Both the position numbers and the translations under genes were made by a program. 64,000 bases of DNA from Planctomycetota bacterium (GTDB lineage Bacteria; Planctomycetota; UBA1135; UBA2386). Every line of letters begins with the position of its first letter. Position 1 is the stretch's first letter. Location: contig OZ245838.1 in NCBI GenBank assembly GCA_965228735.1, positions 5,600,001 through 5,664,000 of the forward strand. The letters are read 5' to 3'. This document shows, piece by piece, positions 45,729-55,078 of the stretch. Under the pieces are notes generated by a model. That model did not search any database. It was not told the origin of the DNA and saw only the letters and a list, made by a program, of their open reading frames with translations.

Positions 45729-47117
45729 CTAGTTGCCGACGAACACGCATAGCGCGTTCGTAGTGCGCGCACCGAGCACGTTGGTGCCGGGCGTCAGCAG
45801 CAGGCCCTGCGCGAAGAACGTCGTGCCGAGCAGGCCCGGCGCGGCCGGGATCGCGAGGGCGGCCTGCGCGATACTGCCGGCGATCGCCGCCGCCAGCGTC
45901 GCGTCGGGACTCGCGAGCAGCGTGCACCCCGGCGCGCCGTAGCCGGCGAGTCCGAGTGGCAGGCTGCCGAAGCTCGACGTCGAATCGCTCAGGCCGAGCG
46001 TGATCGCCACGGCCTGCACGTCGGGCTGCAGGAAGTCGATCGCGAACTCCGCCGTGCTGCCGGGAACCGGCGCCGCTGCCTCCGTGAGCGATTCGACGCC
46101 GCAGCCGCTGCCGAACCGATCCATGCCGGCGCCGAGCATCCAGGTGTCGTCGCGTGCCGCCGTGTAGTCGGTGTAGCCGGCGTGCATCACGATGCGGCCG
46201 TGACGCGGGCTGAACAGCATGCCGAACTCGGCGCGCAGCCCCGTCGGGGCGAACGGTGCGGGCATCGTCACGTCGGTCCACGAGGTGCCGTCGAACTCCC
46301 ACGTGTCGTTGGGCGACTCCGCGTTGATGTCGAGTCCGGAGTGCAGCACGAGCACGTCGCGTTCGGGGTCGTGGGCGAGGCGGGTCTGGAACCGGCCGAT
46401 CGGCAACGGACCCGCGACCGGAACCTGGGTCCAGTTCGTGCCGTCCCACGCCCACAGTTCACTCGAAAGCGGACCCGGGCCCATGCCGCCGATCACGTAC
46501 GTCGCTCCGCGCGATGGCCAATACGCCATCCCGTGGTCGCGCCGATTGCCCGGCCCGCCGGTGCCGCGCGACAGCCAATCGACGCCGTCGTACTCCCAGA
46601 CCTCGTGGTTGTTCGCGAAGCTCATCCAGTCGCCGCCGCCGTGCAGCACGACGACCTTGCGCGCGCTGTCGTAGACCATGCGATGCCGGATCAGGCCCGG
46701 TCCGTCGAAGCCCGGCAGCTGCGTGCCGGGCAACGTCGCGGTCGGCACGAGCTGCCACGTGGTGCCGTTGAACTCCCACGTTTCCGCATACACGGTCGTC
46801 GAGTACGACCCGCCGAAGCCGACGATCACGCTGCGATCCTCGTCGAACACGAGCTCCATGCCCTGGCGCACTGATGGCGAGTTGGTCGGGTGGATCTCGT
46901 TCCACGTGTCCGTGAAGAGCCACGTGTCGCCGAGGTAGGCGCCGCTCTCGTAGCCGCCGTAGCGCACGATGCCGTTCAGCTCGGGGTGGAACGCCATGGT
47001 CGCGCCGCGCGATGGCCGCGGCGGGGTGACCGTGGACTCGAGCCATTGAGCCGGCAGTGCAGCCGGGCTGGCGATGGCGGCGGCGAGCGCCGAGAGAGCG
47101 AGCAGGGAGCGGGTCAT
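45729..47117 (-). CDS. Secreted Kelch-like beta-propeller protein with the shared C-terminal domain
   Basis: Signal peptide (LPAQ) and FGG...TWEF.G..W repeats. C-terminal FGSGC...YGAPGC...FAQ...TNA. Confidence 0.9.
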   Translation of the reverse strand: MTRSLLALSALAAAIASPAALPAQWLESTVTPPRPSRGATMAFHPELNGIVRYGGYESGAYLGDTWLFTDTWNEIHPTNSPSVRQGMELVFDEDRSVIVGFGGSYSTTVYAETWEFNGTTWQLVPTATLPGTQLPGFDGPGLIRHRMVYDSARKVVVLHGGGDWMSFANNHEVWEYDGVDWLSRGTGGPGNRRDHGMAYWPSRGATYVIGGMGPGPLSSELWAWDGTNWTQVPVAGPLPIGRFQTRLAHDPERDVLVLHSGLDINAESPNDTWEFDGTSWTDVTMPAPFAPTGLRAEFGMLFSPRHGRIVMHAGYTDYTAARDDTWMLGAGMDRFGSGCGVESLTEAAAPVPGSTAEFAIDFLQPDVQAVAITLGLSDSTSSFGSLPLGLAGYGAPGCTLLASPDATLAAAIAGSIAQAALAIPAAPGLLGTTFFAQGLLLTPGTNVLGARTTNALCVFVGN

Positions 47118-47168
47118 CGTGCCTGCGGGAGCGCTGTTGCGCTCCGCCGGCGGACTCGAAATCCGCCG

Positions 47169-47726
47169 TCACTTTCGCTTGCCGAAGAGCTGGGCATCCC
47201 GGGTGGGGGACAGGGCGCGGTGGTGCTTGACGTCGGACCGGGTGTAGATCGCGTCTGGATCCGCGGCCTCGATCGCCCGCAGGAGCCGCGGCAGCCGCCG
47301 GCGTTCCTCCACGACGAGCAGCACCTCGACCGGCGTGCCGTGATCATCGTGTCCGTCCAGCTCGGTGACCGAGAAGCCGTCTTCACGGAGACGCGTCGCG
47401 AGCGCGACGTCCGGGCTCTTGGAAACGGCGCGCACCAGCTCCATGCCGAGCGCGAGCTTCGACTCGAGCCAGATCCCGACGTAGTTGCCCGTGGCGAACC
47501 CGGCCGCGTAGGCGACCGCCACGTACCAGGCGGAGAGGTCGCGCAGCACCGCCCCCGCCGCGAGAATCCAGAGCAGGACCTCGACGAAACCGATCAGTGC
47601 GGCCGCCGCGCGATAGGCTCGGAAGACCAGGATGACGCGGAGGGTGCCGAGCGAGACGTCGACGACGCGAGCGCAGAAGACCGCGACGCTCAACAGGACG
47701 GGGTGGTCGGCCAGGAAGTCCATCAT
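47169..47726 (-). CDS. UPF0316/DUF5698 (DUF2179) membrane protein
   Basis: FCARVVDVSLGTLR, AYAAGFATGNYVGI.LE.KLALG, LR..GF.VT..DG and DP.A motifs. Confidence 0.88.
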   Translation of the reverse strand: MMDFLADHPVLLSVAVFCARVVDVSLGTLRVILVFRAYRAAAALIGFVEVLLWILAAGAVLRDLSAWYVAVAYAAGFATGNYVGIWLESKLALGMELVRAVSKSPDVALATRLREDGFSVTELDGHDDHGTPVEVLLVVEERRRLPRLLRAIEAADPDAIYTRSDVKHHRALSPTRDAQLFGKRK

Positions 47727-47760
47727 GGGCAGGGATCGCGGCGTCGATGCCGTGGAGGCC

Positions 47761-49080
47761 TCAGATCAGCAGGTCCTGGAGCATCACGGCGAATCCGAGG
47801 AACGCGAAGAAGCCGACGACGTCGGTCACCGTCGTGAGCACGATGCTGGACGACTGGGCCGGATCGAGGCCGAACTTCTTCATGGCGATCGGGATCATGG
47901 CGCCGGAGAAACCGGCGGCCGTCAAATTCACGATCATCGCCAGGCCGATGACGAGGCCCAGATACGGATTGCCGTTCCACGCCCAGGCGACTCCGGCCGT
48001 GACGAGCCCGATCGCGACGCCGTTGACCGCCCCGATGATGCTCTCCTTGGCGAGGAGTGCGCGAACGCGCTGCGCGGGGATCTCCTTCATGACCAACCCC
48101 CGCATCACGACCGCCAGCGACTGGGCGCCCGCATTGCCGCCCTGCCCCGCGACGACCGGCAGGTAGACCGCGAGAACCGTGATGCGCGCGATCACGTCCT
48201 CGAACAGCGCGACGACCGATGCGGCGAGGAACGCGGTGACGAGATTGACGTGCAGCCACGGCAGGCGCTTCTGCAGGCAGAACATCAACGGTGAGAACGC
48301 GCGCTCGTCACGCCCGACGCCGAACAGCTTCTGCAGGTTCTGGGATGCCGTCTCCTGAGCCTCGGCGAGGAGTTGGGTCGCGCGGACCACGCCGATCAGA
48401 TGTCCCTGGGCGTCGACCACCGGCAGGGTCGTGAAGCCGCGTCCCGAGAGGGTCTGGAACGCTGTCGCGGCCTCGTCGAACGGACCGACGCTGACCACGT
48501 TCGTGGCCATGATCTCCTGCAGTGCGCTCTCACCGTCGGCGAGGAGCAGATCGCGCATCGGCACCACGCCGAGCAGCCGTCGGTCCGCATCGATCACGAA
48601 GACGTTCGAGTACGAGCGGTGCGTTTCGGCGCGCTTCCTCAGTCGGGCCACCACCTCGTCGATCGACAGGCTCTGCTCGAATGCCACGTAGTCGGTCTTC
48701 ATCGCCCGACCGACGCTCTCCTTGGGGAACGCGAGGTAGTCGCGCAATCCCTCCTGCAGATCCTCTGGCAGCGCGCGCAAGAACTCTTCGCGCTCCTGCT
48801 CCGCGAGATCCAGGAGGACGGATGCGCAGACCTCCGGCCCGCCGTTCTGGAGCACGCGAGCCACACGTTCCGGCGGCGCGGCGCCGACCAGGGCAGCGAG
48901 GGCCGATGGGTTGATGTGGGGCAGGAGCTTGTGCAGCGGCTGCGGCGGCAGGGCTTCGAGGACCTCGAGGATCTGCTCCTGGGGCTGTTGCTCCAGGGCC
49001 TGCGCCCCGGCAACGGGGTACTGGGAGCAGAATCGGATGGCCAGGTCCAGCGGAGTGTCGTGGCGGGCGGTTGCGGTCAT
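47761..49080 (-). CDS. mgtE: Magnesium transporter MgtE
   Basis: N domain, CBS pair, KRLPWL.VNL, P.VAG.GGNAG.Q and DPA..S....TT.TDVVGFF. Confidence 0.95.
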   Translation of the reverse strand: MTATARHDTPLDLAIRFCSQYPVAGAQALEQQPQEQILEVLEALPPQPLHKLLPHINPSALAALVGAAPPERVARVLQNGGPEVCASVLLDLAEQEREEFLRALPEDLQEGLRDYLAFPKESVGRAMKTDYVAFEQSLSIDEVVARLRKRAETHRSYSNVFVIDADRRLLGVVPMRDLLLADGESALQEIMATNVVSVGPFDEAATAFQTLSGRGFTTLPVVDAQGHLIGVVRATQLLAEAQETASQNLQKLFGVGRDERAFSPLMFCLQKRLPWLHVNLVTAFLAASVVALFEDVIARITVLAVYLPVVAGQGGNAGAQSLAVVMRGLVMKEIPAQRVRALLAKESIIGAVNGVAIGLVTAGVAWAWNGNPYLGLVIGLAMIVNLTAAGFSGAMIPIAMKKFGLDPAQSSSIVLTTVTDVVGFFAFLGFAVMLQDLLI

Positions 49081-49192
49081 CGTGTCTCCAGGGGCTCGCC
49101 GCGTGGCGGATGATGCCGGCAAGCCTTCCCCTTCGACGGCCGCTTTCAAGAACGAGCCGTCTCGTGGCGTCCACCGCTGCCGCCCGTCGCGC

Positions 49193-52100
49193 CTACTCGA
49201 TCACGATCCGCGCCGTGCCGCCGCCGCCCGCGGGCACCGTGCACGTCGTCGTTCCGCGGCTGTCGTAGTAGCCGCTCACCGACAGCGAGTGCGTGCCGAC
49301 CGGCAGCGGCACGGTGAACTCGAGGTGGTGGGTGAACGTGCCGTAGAACGGTTGGGTGAGCTTGTGCTGCACCGTCCGGCCGGCCGCGTCCTTCGCGATG
49401 AGCTTGCCCGACCACGAGCTCAGGTGGCGGGGGAAGTCGGCCGGCAGGTCGATGCTCAGCCTGGTCGGCGCGTGTTTGGTGAGCGTCGCGGTGGCGCGCG
49501 TCTCGTCGCCTTCCAGCCGCACCTTCTGCGGCGCCGCCCACGCGTCGTTCGACCACGCGCGCAGCGTGTACTCGCCGCGGTAGAGCGTCCGCGACCGCCA
49601 CGTGCCGTCCTTCTGCCGGCGCAGAGCCCAGGTGCTGGTCGACTTGCCGGGGCCGATGAGCTCGACGCGCTTCGGCGGCGAGGTGTCCGCGTCCGCGACG
49701 ATCGTGACGATCGCGCGCCCGAGCTCTTGGAGCACGATGTCACCGAGCGCGATCGTGCCGCCGCCGCGGGCATCGATCGGCGGCAGGGTGAGCCACGGAC
49801 GATTCGGCGCGACGGCGTAGGCGTGATAGCGCCCGGGCGGCAGGTCCTCGGCGGCGAACGCGCCGGTCTCCGGGTCGGTGCGGAACTCGTTGCCCCAGGC
49901 GCTGCCGAACGCGCCCTGCAGGCGGACGTCCGAGTCCGGGACCGGCTTGCCCGCGGCATCGACGATCGCGCCCTGGATCCGATGCATCGCGCGCACGTGA
50001 TCCGGCACGCGGATCCGGTGCTCCATGCCGACCGCGAGCGGTGGCGTGACGAGGCTCGGCCAGCGCGAGAAGTCCTGCCACTTGTTCTCGTGCTTGCCGA
50101 GCGGCGGCGAGACCGCGAGGCGCACGAACGAGCCCGTGGGATAACGGAAACCGGACGAATCCGACGGCAGGCGACCGTCCTCGCCAGTCAACGAGCCGCC
50201 GCGCGGATACTCGCTGCCCGGCGGGATGACGCCGATCTGCCAGCCGGCGAGCGGCTGACCTTTGCTGTCGACGAGCTCGAACTCGACGGGCGAGAGCGAT
50301 GCGCGTTGCGGGTTCCAGGTCGCGACCTCGCCTGGCGCGAGGTCGATGATGCGATTCTCGCAGTGCTCGCACTCGAGCTGGTAGCGGCCCGCGACGAGAC
50401 CGTCGATGACGAAGCGGCCGTCCTTGCCGGAGCGCGACCACGTCTCGAGGAACGGCAGCCCGTGGATGCCTTCGGGGCGGTCGCGGGCGACGACGTTGGT
50501 GCCGCTCAGCGGCTGGCCCTGCACGTTCGTCAGCTGGCCTTCGACGCGTGCACCGCGCGTCATCTTGAAGTCGAGCACGATGCCGCCGTCGCCGCCGTGC
50601 GAGAACCGCAGGTGGCCGCGGCGCGTGACGCCGTCCTTCGTGTGGATCCCGGAGAGCGCGTGGTTGCCGCGGCCGAGTGCGCCGATCGCGAACTTGCCTT
50701 CGGCGTCCGTGATGACGAACTGCGGCTGCCTGGGGATGCTGGTCAGCTGCACGAACGCGAGGTGCGCGCCCTGCAGCGGGTTGCCGTCCTCGTCGTGCGC
50801 CGTGCCGTGGGCGGCGAAGCCCGCTCCCGGCAGCTTCAGCGTCTGCACGCGACGGTCACCGACGGCGCCATCCGCGTTGATGATGCGACTCGGCAGGTGC
50901 CCGTCGGCCCACGCGCGCAGCTGACCGTTGGTGCCGATGTGGCGGCGCACGATCTTGCCCTCGGCGTCGGTGCGGCCGAACGGCGACAGCATCTGGTGCG
51001 GCTGACTGCCGTGGGAGGACTCGACGAGCGCGCCGGCGACCGGTTTGCCGTCGGCGTCGACGACGCGCACCTCGAGCGTCATGCCGCGCTCGATCACGAG
51101 GCGGCAGGTCTCCGGCTCGGTCGGCGGGCGCACGAAGTCCGGCCACCGGATCGTGTCGCGGGCCCCGGTGCCGAGCACGAACACCTCGTGGTAGCCGGGC
51201 CACGGCAGCGCGACCTCGAGCTTGCCGTCGGTGTCCGTCTCCCAGCGTTGCAGCGTCTTGTCGAGCAGGATACCGATCGGCACGCCGGCCGCGGGTTCGT
51301 CGCCTTCTTCGTAGACGACCTCGAACACGACGGTCGGACGCTGCGGGTCGAACGCGGGTCGTTCGTTCTGCGGCGGCGAGGGCATTGCTTCGGTCGGGGA
51401 GTCGTTCACCGCGACGAGTTGTCGGTCGGGCGACGCGCGGCCGAGTTCGGCCCTGGGCGTGGTGGCGGTCGTCGACGCCTGGTGGGGGAGTGGGGTCGGG
51501 TCGTCGCCGACGAACAACGGAATGAGAACGGCGAGAGTTGCCGCGATGGCGGTAGCGATCATCGTTTCGAGCCTCCAGCTCGTGAAGAACAGCGACGATG
51601 ATCCAGCAGCGGTTGCGGGCAGCGAGCCGAGCACGTTGCCGCGCACGGCGGCGAGCACGCGATCCGGGGCGAGCAGCGTCACGGAGACCGCGGTCAATCC
51701 CACGAAGCCCGCCGGCAGCTTGCTGCGCAGCCGTTCGAGCCCGCGCACGACCTGCGTGCGGACCGTGCCCGCGGGCCGGCCGAGCGCGTCACCGATCTCG
51801 CGCGCCGAGAGGCCGTGCTGCAGGTGCAGCACGATCACCTCGCGGAACGGCGGCGGCAGCTCCTGCATCGCCGCGGTCGCGGCGCTGCTGAACTCCCGTT
51901 GCTCGGCCGCGCCGGCTGGCGACTCGCCGCCCGCGACGACCGAATGCAGCGTCGCTGCATCGGGCCCCCGTTGCTTACGAGTCTGCCGCCGGTGCTTGCG
52001 CACGTGATTGGCGAGGATGCCGAGCAGCCAGGGTCGCACGGCGCGCCCCTCGTCCCACTGCTCCGCATCCTCGATCGCGGTGAGAAACGTCGCCTGCAGC

Positions 52101-52252
52101 GCATCGTGCACGAGCTCGCGGTCCCCGTTGCCGAGGTGGGCCGCGACCCGCAGCAACTCCGGCGCGGTCAGGTCGAACACCGCGGCCAGGGCCTCAGGTT
52201 CGCCGGTGCGCCGGAAGTGTGCGAAGCGTTCGTTCTCGTCGATTCGAGTCAT
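49193..52252 (-). CDS. ECF sigma factor fused to a TM helix and extracytoplasmic CarboxypepD_reg-like repeats
   Basis: Region 2 (D.LQ.TFL.A, RPWLLGIL.N) and region 4 (LP..FREV..L....GLS..EIG..LG.P.GTV.T...RG..RLR), then a TM helix and about 700 aa of G.V.D..G.P repeats. Confidence 0.9.
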   Translation of the reverse strand: MTRIDENERFAHFRRTGEPEALAAVFDLTAPELLRVAAHLGNGDRELVHDALQATFLTAIEDAEQWDEGRAVRPWLLGILANHVRKHRRQTRKQRGPDAATLHSVVAGGESPAGAAEQREFSSAATAAMQELPPPFREVIVLHLQHGLSAREIGDALGRPAGTVRTQVVRGLERLRSKLPAGFVGLTAVSVTLLAPDRVLAAVRGNVLGSLPATAAGSSSLFFTSWRLETMIATAIAATLAVLIPLFVGDDPTPLPHQASTTATTPRAELGRASPDRQLVAVNDSPTEAMPSPPQNERPAFDPQRPTVVFEVVYEEGDEPAAGVPIGILLDKTLQRWETDTDGKLEVALPWPGYHEVFVLGTGARDTIRWPDFVRPPTEPETCRLVIERGMTLEVRVVDADGKPVAGALVESSHGSQPHQMLSPFGRTDAEGKIVRRHIGTNGQLRAWADGHLPSRIINADGAVGDRRVQTLKLPGAGFAAHGTAHDEDGNPLQGAHLAFVQLTSIPRQPQFVITDAEGKFAIGALGRGNHALSGIHTKDGVTRRGHLRFSHGGDGGIVLDFKMTRGARVEGQLTNVQGQPLSGTNVVARDRPEGIHGLPFLETWSRSGKDGRFVIDGLVAGRYQLECEHCENRIIDLAPGEVATWNPQRASLSPVEFELVDSKGQPLAGWQIGVIPPGSEYPRGGSLTGEDGRLPSDSSGFRYPTGSFVRLAVSPPLGKHENKWQDFSRWPSLVTPPLAVGMEHRIRVPDHVRAMHRIQGAIVDAAGKPVPDSDVRLQGAFGSAWGNEFRTDPETGAFAAEDLPPGRYHAYAVAPNRPWLTLPPIDARGGGTIALGDIVLQELGRAIVTIVADADTSPPKRVELIGPGKSTSTWALRRQKDGTWRSRTLYRGEYTLRAWSNDAWAAPQKVRLEGDETRATATLTKHAPTRLSIDLPADFPRHLSSWSGKLIAKDAAGRTVQHKLTQPFYGTFTHHLEFTVPLPVGTHSLSVSGYYDSRGTTTCTVPAGGGGTARIVIE

Positions 52253-52373
52253 CGTCGACTGTGCTGCCCCGCGTGGCGGCGAGTGCGCCCCGATTCTCGC
52301 GAAAAGCTGGCGCGGAGGAACGGCCGGTCGGTGGCGCGTTTGCGATCCGATACGATCCGGCGTCGTGCCAGCC

Positions 52374-52943
52374 GTGCAACCCGAGTTCGAGAGCCGGTCG
52401 ACACGCCGCGCGGGGGTGGTGGGCGTCCTTCTTGTTGGGCTCGCTGCCTGTGCGGCGAATCCGGCGTCGGATTCGCTGGCCGGCTCAGCGGCCGGTCCGG
52501 TGGCGACGTCGGCGGTCGAGCGGAGCGAAGGCGGGCCCTGGCTCGGCGCCGAGTTCGGCCAACTCGTGACGATCGATGCCGAGGTCCGGGTCGTTCGGCC
52601 CGGCAAAGGCCCGGTCGCCCAGGTGCTCCGCATCGCGCGGGTCGACGGCCGGGCCGTCGACGAGTTCGAGATCGAATGGACCTACGGCGGCCACCTCGCG
52701 GAACGGGCGGCGGCTGCCGGAGTCGGGGGTTCCGTCATCGAGCCGGGGCGCCGCTACCGACTGCGCGGCTACGAGACCGGCGGCTGGGCCGGCTCACCGC
52801 CTGCCGCCAGGCTGATCCCGGTGGACGAGTTCGGCCCGCCCCAGGTGCGCAACTTCGGGTTCCGCCGAGTCTTTCGGGTGCTCGACGGCGAGGTCGTCGG
52901 GTCGCCGAGTGCGGGTTCATCCGGGGCTCCGCCTCGTGATTGA
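52374..52943 (+). CDS. Hypothetical lipoprotein
   Basis: Lipobox LAAC and RLRGYETGGW.G.P. The start is uncertain. Confidence 0.65.
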   Translation: MQPEFESRSTRRAGVVGVLLVGLAACAANPASDSLAGSAAGPVATSAVERSEGGPWLGAEFGQLVTIDAEVRVVRPGKGPVAQVLRIARVDGRAVDEFEIEWTYGGHLAERAAAAGVGGSVIEPGRRYRLRGYETGGWAGSPPAARLIPVDEFGPPQVRNFGFRRVFRVLDGEVVGSPSAGSSGAPPRD

Positions 52944-53376
52944 CCTCTGGATCGACATCGCCTTCGGCGCCGTCCTGGTGGCGGTTGGGCCGGTTGCCGG
53001 TCGGGCGCCGGATGTGCCGGGGCGCAGCACCGTAGCTGGATATGTGGCCGCCGTGTCGCCGGCCGCGCTGAGCGTGCTGTTGGTCTTGTCGCTGGCAGTT
53101 CACGGGTATGCCGAGTTCGGCAGCTGGCCGCCGGCACCGGGGACCGAAGGTTTGCCGCAGGCGCTGGCCATCCATGCGGCCTTCTCGATGCGGGTGTTGG
53201 GGATGGTGGCGGCGGGTGGTCTCTTCGTCTGGCCGCTTGCCCTTCTCATCACAACGATCGTCCCGGCGATGCGGCGTGATCGGCCGTTCGTTCTGGCCTA
53301 CGGGGCGGCCGCGGCCGTGGCGGTCGGCGTGACCTTGCTCGCACCAGCCCCGTTCCGCACCTGGTGGTGGGATTGA
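52936..53376 (+). CDS. Hypothetical membrane protein
   Basis: Three to four hydrophobic segments, ending F.TWWWD. Overlaps the upstream stop. Confidence 0.65.
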   Translation: MIDLWIDIAFGAVLVAVGPVAGRAPDVPGRSTVAGYVAAVSPAALSVLLVLSLAVHGYAEFGSWPPAPGTEGLPQALAIHAAFSMRVLGMVAAGGLFVWPLALLITTIVPAMRRDRPFVLAYGAAAAVAVGVTLLAPAPFRTWWWD

Positions 53377-53389
53377 CCGCGCCGCTCGC

Positions 53390-53635
53390 CTACCAGACGT
53401 TGAAGTGCAGCCCGAGCGCGTAGGCGATGGGGCCGCCGATGAGCAGCAGCATGATGCCGCGGCCGATCCACTCCTGCCGCGCGAGGTGCTTCTGGTCGAG
53501 CATCCGCACGTTGCCGATCGGCGGCAGGTGATAGTCCGCGCCGCGCCGCTGGGGCGCCCGAGCGCGAGCGCGGAAGGCGTCGGGTTCCTGGGGCTCGTAG
53601 GGGTTCTTCACCCTGTAAGGGTAGGTCCGTGACAC
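53390..53635 (-). CDS. Small hypothetical protein with a C-terminal TM helix
   Basis: 81-aa ORF with GC3-rich codons and a hydrophobic C-terminus. Confidence 0.55.
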   Translation of the reverse strand: MSRTYPYRVKNPYEPQEPDAFRARARAPQRRGADYHLPPIGNVRMLDQKHLARQEWIGRGIMLLLIGGPIAYALGLHFNVW

Positions 53636-53671
53636 GAATGCGACAAGTGCCGCCAGCCCATGACGGGGGGT

Positions 53672-53711
53672 GCGTACGGCAGGCCGGCAGTTCGAACCGC
53701 GTACCGTACGC
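53672..53711. repeat. Degenerate copy of one arm of the 35.3-kb palindromic element
   Basis: GGCCGGCAGttcGAACCgcGTACCGTACG matches the right arm at 24 of 29 positions. Flanked by a GCGTACGG/CCGTACGC inverted repeat. Confidence 0.55.
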
Positions 53712-53731
53712 CAGTCCCGGTCGTGCGTCGG

Positions 53732-54886
53732 CTAGAAGCTCTGGCGCGTGCAGCCGTTGGCGTAGGCCATGCTCGTCGCCGGGTCGATGCCGATCGACTG
53801 GTGCACGATGCTCAGGCCGCCGATGAGCGTGCGGGCGGTCGGTGAGAAGTTCCAGGCGAACGTCGCTTCGCCGCCGCTCGTGAAGCCGAGCGCGATCTGC
53901 GAGAACGACGTCGTGTCGATGCACACCGCACCTTCACCGGGAACGAACAGCGACAGCGGGATGTCGGGCGCGATCGGCTGGAACGACGCGAAGAAGAACA
54001 CGGCCGAGTTGTCCGGCATGCCGGCCATGAACCAGCGGCTCACGATGTCGTCCATGCGACCCGGGTTGAGCGGCGGGTTGGCCGCGTCCGGGTAGAGGCC
54101 CGAGCCGCCGCCGGCCATGCCGGGGGGCGCGTTGCTGGCCACTGCCGAGGTCTGGTTGGTGACGGTGCACGCGACGCCCGCAGCGCCCGGCACGATCGCC
54201 TCGATCATCCACTGGCGTGACGTCGTCGTGTAGGTCGGGCCGAGCGTCGACGACGGGACGTAGTAGCCGCTCTGCCCTTCGCCGGGCGGCCCCGACGGCT
54301 GCGCGGGCCCCGCGAGGTCGTAGCTCGTGGCCGGCGGTTGGAACACGTAGTACATCGCGTGGCACGACAGTCCGTCGTTGGGCCACGTGGTTCCGGTCGG
54401 CTGCGGCAGTCCGATGCCGAGGAAGACGTCCGCGTTGGCGGGCGTCGTCATCGGGGTCGCGAAGTTCATCGAGTACCCGAACGCGATGGCGCCGGTCGCG
54501 GTGCTCGCCGGGGTCGGGAACGGGCCGGCCATGCCCTGCGGAGCGGTCACCAGCGGGTAGTCCAGGTTGGCCGGGTCCTCGGTGTAGACCAACAGGTCGT
54601 AGGTCTCGGGCGTGTTGCCGATCTGGTCCTGGATCGTGCCGGTGATGCCGGTCACGGTGCGCATCCCGGGGCTGCTCGCGTCGACGCCCCAGCCCGCGTA
54701 GCGGTCGCTGTCCAGCCGGACGAACGCGACGCTCGGGTTGGTATTGGGCGAGGAGTTGCTACCGCGCGAGGTGAACGAGACGCCGGTGTTGAGCAGCACG
54801 CCGAGCTCGCTCTGGGCGGCGGCGACGGTGGTCAGGGCGAGCGGCGCGAGCGCCGCGAGAACGAGAGGGCAGACAGATCGGGGCAT
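53732..54886 (-). CDS. Secreted hypothetical protein with a divergent form of the shared C-terminal domain
   Basis: RBS GGAG, signal peptide (AAAQ) and C-terminal G..C.D...G.A...G.SI.HQ...D. Confidence 0.85.
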   Translation of the reverse strand: MPRSVCPLVLAALAPLALTTVAAAQSELGVLLNTGVSFTSRGSNSSPNTNPSVAFVRLDSDRYAGWGVDASSPGMRTVTGITGTIQDQIGNTPETYDLLVYTEDPANLDYPLVTAPQGMAGPFPTPASTATGAIAFGYSMNFATPMTTPANADVFLGIGLPQPTGTTWPNDGLSCHAMYYVFQPPATSYDLAGPAQPSGPPGEGQSGYYVPSSTLGPTYTTTSRQWMIEAIVPGAAGVACTVTNQTSAVASNAPPGMAGGGSGLYPDAANPPLNPGRMDDIVSRWFMAGMPDNSAVFFFASFQPIAPDIPLSLFVPGEGAVCIDTTSFSQIALGFTSGGEATFAWNFSPTARTLIGGLSIVHQSIGIDPATSMAYANGCTRQSF

Positions 54887-55078
54887 GGACTTCTCCGTCG
54901 AATACGAGTGGCCCGAGTGTAGCCGACCGAACGGGTTTCGTGTGATCGGGCCGTCCGGTTCTCGACGCCTCGAAAACCGCGGCCTCCGCGCCTCGTAATC
55001 GGTCCCCAGAAACGACGGACTCCCCGATCGCCGCGGTCGGGGAAGGTGCGGCTGCGTCATCGTGCTATCGTGGCCCGG

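Noticed and set aside
44960..45730. Toxin-antitoxin module as an integron cassette or island
   Set aside because: No attC core sites, integrase or flanking direct repeats were seen.
49081..49192. Mg2+ (M-box) riboswitch upstream of mgtE
   Set aside because: The 112-bp spacer is short and has no recognisable conserved elements.
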